Part shown: positions 61,016-64,000 of the stretch, one piece after another | Layout of the letters: the number at the start of each line of letters is the position of its first letter | How positions within the stretch are numbered: the first letter of the stretch is position 1 | NCBI GenBank assembly: GCA_041658425.1 | Contig: JBBAAF010000001.1 | Location: forward strand, 115,821-179,820 | DNA length: 64,000 bases | Source: Bacteroidales bacterium | GTDB taxonomy: Bacteria > Bacteroidota > Bacteroidia > Bacteroidales > UBA12481 | Reading direction: 5' to 3' | Notes under the pieces: generated by a model | The model's database searches: none | What the model was told of the DNA's origin: nothing | The model's input: the letters and a program-made list of their open reading frames with translations, nothing else | Program-made: the position numbers and the translations under genes

Positions 61016-63707
61016 CCTTAATGATTTCCTCACCGATACCGATTTTATACCCGGACGAGAGGTAAGTCACTTTCCCGTCTTTATTGATCCTGATGACAAT
61101 CGGGAACTGGCCGGCCAGGCTTTTCCCCGTGGTTTTTTCCAGCTCCGTCAATGAAGACAAATCCGGTATGGTTACAAAACGGGATGATGCAGGAAGGTTC
61201 TTCCAGGTATCGGGTGTGAATCCTGCAGGCAACTTATTTTCAGGAATCAGGAAGATGAATGGGCAATCAAGCTTATCGATTTCTTTTTTCAGGGTTCCCA
61301 GATCCTGAAAAACGTGCTTGGATGGTTCTTTATCCGGCTCTACCCAGCAGATGATTGCCCGATCGGTAGCAAGAATCTGTTTCCAATCAAATGGATTGCC
61401 GTCCATAGGCTTAACCGGCCAAACCGGGCTGAGCGTTCCAATTACTTCCGGCGCCTGACCGGACTTCCGCAAGGTGATCATCATTTCCTTCTTTTCGCCG
61501 CCTGTCAACTTAAAAAAGGTAAGGCTGCTGAGGACTTTTCCACCGGGAACACGGTTTCCGGTTACGAGGAGATAATTACCCTGTGCGAGTGTTAGCGGAC
61601 CAGCCAGAGGATCACCGAAATTATCATAGCCATAAGCCATGGTTTTATATTTCCCTTTTTCATATCGAGCCAGAGTATAATGAGTTTCATACTGAGGCTT
61701 AACGGGATTGGACGGATCGCTGGATAGAATCAGCGTTGCTTCAGGTTGAGGGCTTGCGGCAGATATGCCAAAATCAACACTATACCAACGATCCCGGAAC
61801 CAATACTCAACTTCCAATGTTCCCGGTTTCAGCCGGGAAGGGATGCCAATAGTCCGGTAGCAGGCAACAGTAAATATTTTCCGCGACTCCTCATCGGCCA
61901 CTCTCAAATTATAAACTCCAACCGGGGTTAGCGGGGTTTTGTAATAGTTGTCAGAAGGGCTGATTTTGATCTCCTGCCGGATCCAGTCGATGAGATTCTT
62001 CGGGCTCTGACGGATTTCATCGATAAATGCCTGTCCGAATTTATAGACTAAAAAATTCTGGTAGGCGACGAGCATTTCGTTTGCTACGCGGGGGTTAAGG
62101 GTCGTTTCAAGGGGTGCGGTTATAACACCGGGTTCGGAGTAGGGCGTAGAGGTCCCCGCTTTTGCGGGGATGACAAGGACATTCGGTAAGTGATCAAAGA
62201 GGATTTCGGCTTTGGTGTCACGTAGATCTTTGTCGGCGATCAGGCCCAGGAGTTGAAGGGCAGTGGATCGAAAAGCAGGATCAGTGGATTTCAGGAAGGT
62301 TTCGATTTCGGCATAGTTGCCGCGGCTGCGGGAAATGAAATTCCAGGTTTGATCGGGATCCAGATTGAGGGAAGCGGCAAAGTTTCGGGCCTGCTCTTCC
62401 GTGCGGAAGGTTTTTTCATATGCGCCACGGATAGAATCTTCCCTGCGGAGCATCCGGTTATTCTGATCGCGGCAATCGTTGGCGATCTGCAGAGGTTCGC
62501 GCTGAATCGGCGGTACCATATCGAATTCCACACTGAGTGCATCATAAGGTACCTGATCAGTTATCAGTTTGAGTGTATCAATATCCGCCACCGTGATCTT
62601 TTTAAAGCCAAAATGATTGTCCGTATGAGCCCACACGAGTAAATCGCCAAAACCCGTAACAAAACTGCATGATCCGTTTTCATCGGTTTTTTTGATTGAA
62701 ATCGGATAATACTCTGCATAATTATACAACTGGAATTCAACAGAAGCATTTTTTTCGGGTGTACCCTCAGCATTACGGACCTGAACGTGAATCTCTTTGG
62801 TTGGAGCATAGGTAGATAGGGTATTGAGCAGAGCATAGTTGGTTTCGCGGTTTTCAGCCCGCTCACCGCCTTTATAATCGCCAAAAACTTTAGTATGGAT
62901 GAGCATGGCCCGCCGGGCAGGCTCGGTGAACCAGCCCAGATCGGGAACACATTCAGGTTCACAGGCTCCCATGTAATGCCACTTGCCATCGGCCCAGAAT
63001 TCCACCCAGGCATGGTTATCATCTGAGTGGGCCCAACGGGGGGTATATACCTGGCGGGCAGGAATGGCAACGGCCCGGAGAGCGGTCACTGCAAAGGTCG
63101 ACTCTTCTCCGCAACGGCCATAAGCCGTTCTTAATGAAGCCAATGGGGCAGATGTACGGATATCACTTCCCCGATAAGTCACCTTTTCATGGCACCAGTG
63201 ATTCACTTCAAGTGCCGCGTCGAGCATGGTCATATTCTTAATCCGGTCCTTCAATTCCCTGAAAAAGACAATACGTGCCGTGTCGAGGTTTTCATTGTTG
63301 ACCCGGTATGGAAGCACAAAATGACGAAACAGGTCTTCAGGGATTGATTTTCCCCAGGCAAAAGTTTCACGGGCATTCAGGCTCCAGCGTACCTGATTAA
63401 GATAAAAATCGCCATTATAATCAGCCAAATCATTGAGTGGCATATAGGCATACAGAAATTTCAGACCTTCCTGTTCGGCAACAGTTAAATTCTGATTAAA
63501 TACCCCGAATAAGGCCGTATCCCGTTTTGCAGCCATGGCCTTCCTCTCATTGAACCGTGCCTCAACCCGCTGACTATAAGCAGGATCGGAAAAAACATGA
63601 AACTGCTTTGTTGAACAGGACGACAGTAGGGTAAAGAGCGAAATGAGGGAAAAGAACGTTAAGAACGTTAAGGGAGTTACGGACGTTACGGGAGTTAGGG
63701 CTTTCAT
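60999..63707 (-). CDS. Large lipoprotein with a transglutaminase-like Cys protease core and a C-terminal thioredoxin-like region
   Basis: 902 aa with lipobox FTLLSSC. Core Cys motif YGRCGEESTF and His motif DDNHAWVEFW. The assignment of the C-terminal 150 aa as thioredoxin-like is tentative. Confidence 0.7.
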   Translation of the reverse strand: MKALTPVTSVTPLTFLTFFSLISLFTLLSSCSTKQFHVFSDPAYSQRVEARFNERKAMAAKRDTALFGVFNQNLTVAEQEGLKFLYAYMPLNDLADYNGDFYLNQVRWSLNARETFAWGKSIPEDLFRHFVLPYRVNNENLDTARIVFFRELKDRIKNMTMLDAALEVNHWCHEKVTYRGSDIRTSAPLASLRTAYGRCGEESTFAVTALRAVAIPARQVYTPRWAHSDDNHAWVEFWADGKWHYMGACEPECVPDLGWFTEPARRAMLIHTKVFGDYKGGERAENRETNYALLNTLSTYAPTKEIHVQVRNAEGTPEKNASVEFQLYNYAEYYPISIKKTDENGSCSFVTGFGDLLVWAHTDNHFGFKKITVADIDTLKLITDQVPYDALSVEFDMVPPIQREPLQIANDCRDQNNRMLRREDSIRGAYEKTFRTEEQARNFAASLNLDPDQTWNFISRSRGNYAEIETFLKSTDPAFRSTALQLLGLIADKDLRDTKAEILFDHLPNVLVIPAKAGTSTPYSEPGVITAPLETTLNPRVANEMLVAYQNFLVYKFGQAFIDEIRQSPKNLIDWIRQEIKISPSDNYYKTPLTPVGVYNLRVADEESRKIFTVACYRTIGIPSRLKPGTLEVEYWFRDRWYSVDFGISAASPQPEATLILSSDPSNPVKPQYETHYTLARYEKGKYKTMAYGYDNFGDPLAGPLTLAQGNYLLVTGNRVPGGKVLSSLTFFKLTGGEKKEMMITLRKSGQAPEVIGTLSPVWPVKPMDGNPFDWKQILATDRAIICWVEPDKEPSKHVFQDLGTLKKEIDKLDCPFIFLIPENKLPAGFTPDTWKNLPASSRFVTIPDLSSLTELEKTTGKSLAGQFPIVIRINKDGKVTYLSSGYKIGIGEEIIKDLLMR
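63655..63699 (-). repeat. 9-nt in-frame tandem repeat inside the signal-peptide coding region of the transglutaminase-core gene
   Basis: The plus strand reads AACGTTAAG AACGTTAAG GGAGTTACG GACGTTACG GGAGTTAGG. This encodes the tripeptide units of ..LTPVTSVTPLTFLTF. Confidence 0.85.
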
Positions 63708-63722
63708 GGTAGTTCAGTTGTT

Positions 63723-63770
63723 TTTTAATCAGCAAATCATCACATCAGCACATCAGCACATCAACATATC
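63723..63770 (-). repeat. Third 8-nt array of the GATGTGCT family, in the 5' leader/promoter region of the transglutaminase-core gene
   Basis: The minus strand reads GATATGTT GATGTGCT GATGTGCT GATGTGAT GATTTGCT GATTAAAA. It ends 15 nt before the ATG at 63707. Confidence 0.85.
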
Positions 63771-63824
63771 AAGGGTGAAAATAACAATTTTTAAGATTTC
63801 GTTGGTTTATTCAGAATCGGTTTC

Positions 63825-63832
63825 TACTTTTG
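63825..63832 (+). promoter_or_regulatory. Candidate -7 promoter box for the leader-peptide transcript
   Basis: TACTTTTG matches TAnnTTTG. It lies 20 nt upstream of the ATG at 63853. Confidence 0.4.
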
Positions 63833-63852
63833 ACCCCTGATAGTCAATAATT

Positions 63853-63942
63853 ATGCAAGCGTTTTCCGGAGTATATTATTTCTTCTTCTATTTCGGCTTT
63901 TATTTTAAAAGCTCGACCGGGAACGCCATGATCAGAATTTAG
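63853..63942 (+). CDS. Candidate Phe/Tyr-rich attenuator leader peptide (29 aa; not in the ORF track)
   Basis: Hand translation gives MQAFSGVYYFFFYFGFYFKSSTGNAMIRI followed by TAG. Eleven of 15 consecutive residues are Phe or Tyr. A terminator/antiterminator pair follows. Confidence 0.45.
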   Translation: MQAFSGVYYFFFYFGFYFKSSTGNAMIRI

Positions 63943-63966
63943 GCTCAGAGAAAGATCAAAATAGCG

Positions 63967-64000
63967 AATCCCGGTCCAAAAGACCGGGATTTTTGTTTTT
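63967..64000 (+). terminator. Rho-independent terminator (candidate attenuator)
   Basis: 10-bp stem AATCCCGGTC / GACCGGGATT with a 5-nt loop, followed by TTTGTTTTT at the window edge. The upstream copy of the 3' arm (GACCGGGA, 63915..63922) can pair with the 5' arm instead. Confidence 0.65.

Noticed and set aside
49622-63770. Could the short tandem arrays be CRISPR arrays?
   Set aside because: Units are 7-9 nt and directly abutting, with no unique spacers of about 30 nt, no longer palindromic repeat, and no cas genes in the window.

Overview
This window looks like a Bacteroidota chromosomal segment. Evidence: a T9SS type-B sorting domain, TAnnTTTG-type -7 promoter boxes, Tat-exported Gfo/Idh/MocA enzymes, and rpsL-to-rplQ as one block. 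Most of it is housekeeping.

Layout:
- 1-5.1 kb: rng (5' partial), dsbD-like reductase, long UbiD-family decarboxylase.
- 5.2-23.0 kb, minus strand: an uninterrupted 33-gene str/S10/spc/alpha block (rpsL, rpsG, fusA ... secY, map, infA, rpmJ ... rpoA, rplQ). It has a promoter box at one end and a clean terminator at the other.
- 23.1-30.2 kb, accessory-looking: small secreted protein, secreted TPR-CHAT protease with a C-terminal membrane anchor, a divergent EF-G paralog whose catalytic His is replaced, and a T9SS cargo protein.
- 30.3-49.5 kb: uvrD, DUF4290-murA, grpE-dnaJ, an ABC-2 exporter translationally coupled to a sigma-54 activator with no DNA-binding domain, coaD, Nudix, pyrE, birA, rsfS, ftsH, LUD protein, cdsA-psd, a small Cys/Lys-rich secreted protein, a PorV/PorQ-like barrel, pssA.
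- 49.5-52.6 kb: DUF4492-cydA-cydB plus an untracked 39-aa membrane ORF.
- 52.7-63.7 kb: GH2 glycosidase, a tetraheme NapC/NirT-type cytochrome fused to an FGE/SUMF1 domain followed by two Tat-exported enzymes, a lipoprotein, and a transglutaminase-core lipoprotein.
- 63.85-64.0 kb: a Phe/Tyr-rich leader-peptide ORF with a terminator/antiterminator pair.

I found no rRNA, tRNA, CRISPR array, transposase or integrase.

The signals the gene list does not explain:
1. Dispersed short-period (7, 8 or 9 nt) tandem word arrays at gene boundaries. Two of the families recur at several loci, always in the sense orientation of the adjacent gene.
2. The cytochrome-FGE fusion cluster.

I cannot show from sequence alone that either is undescribed. 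All functional links are hypotheses.
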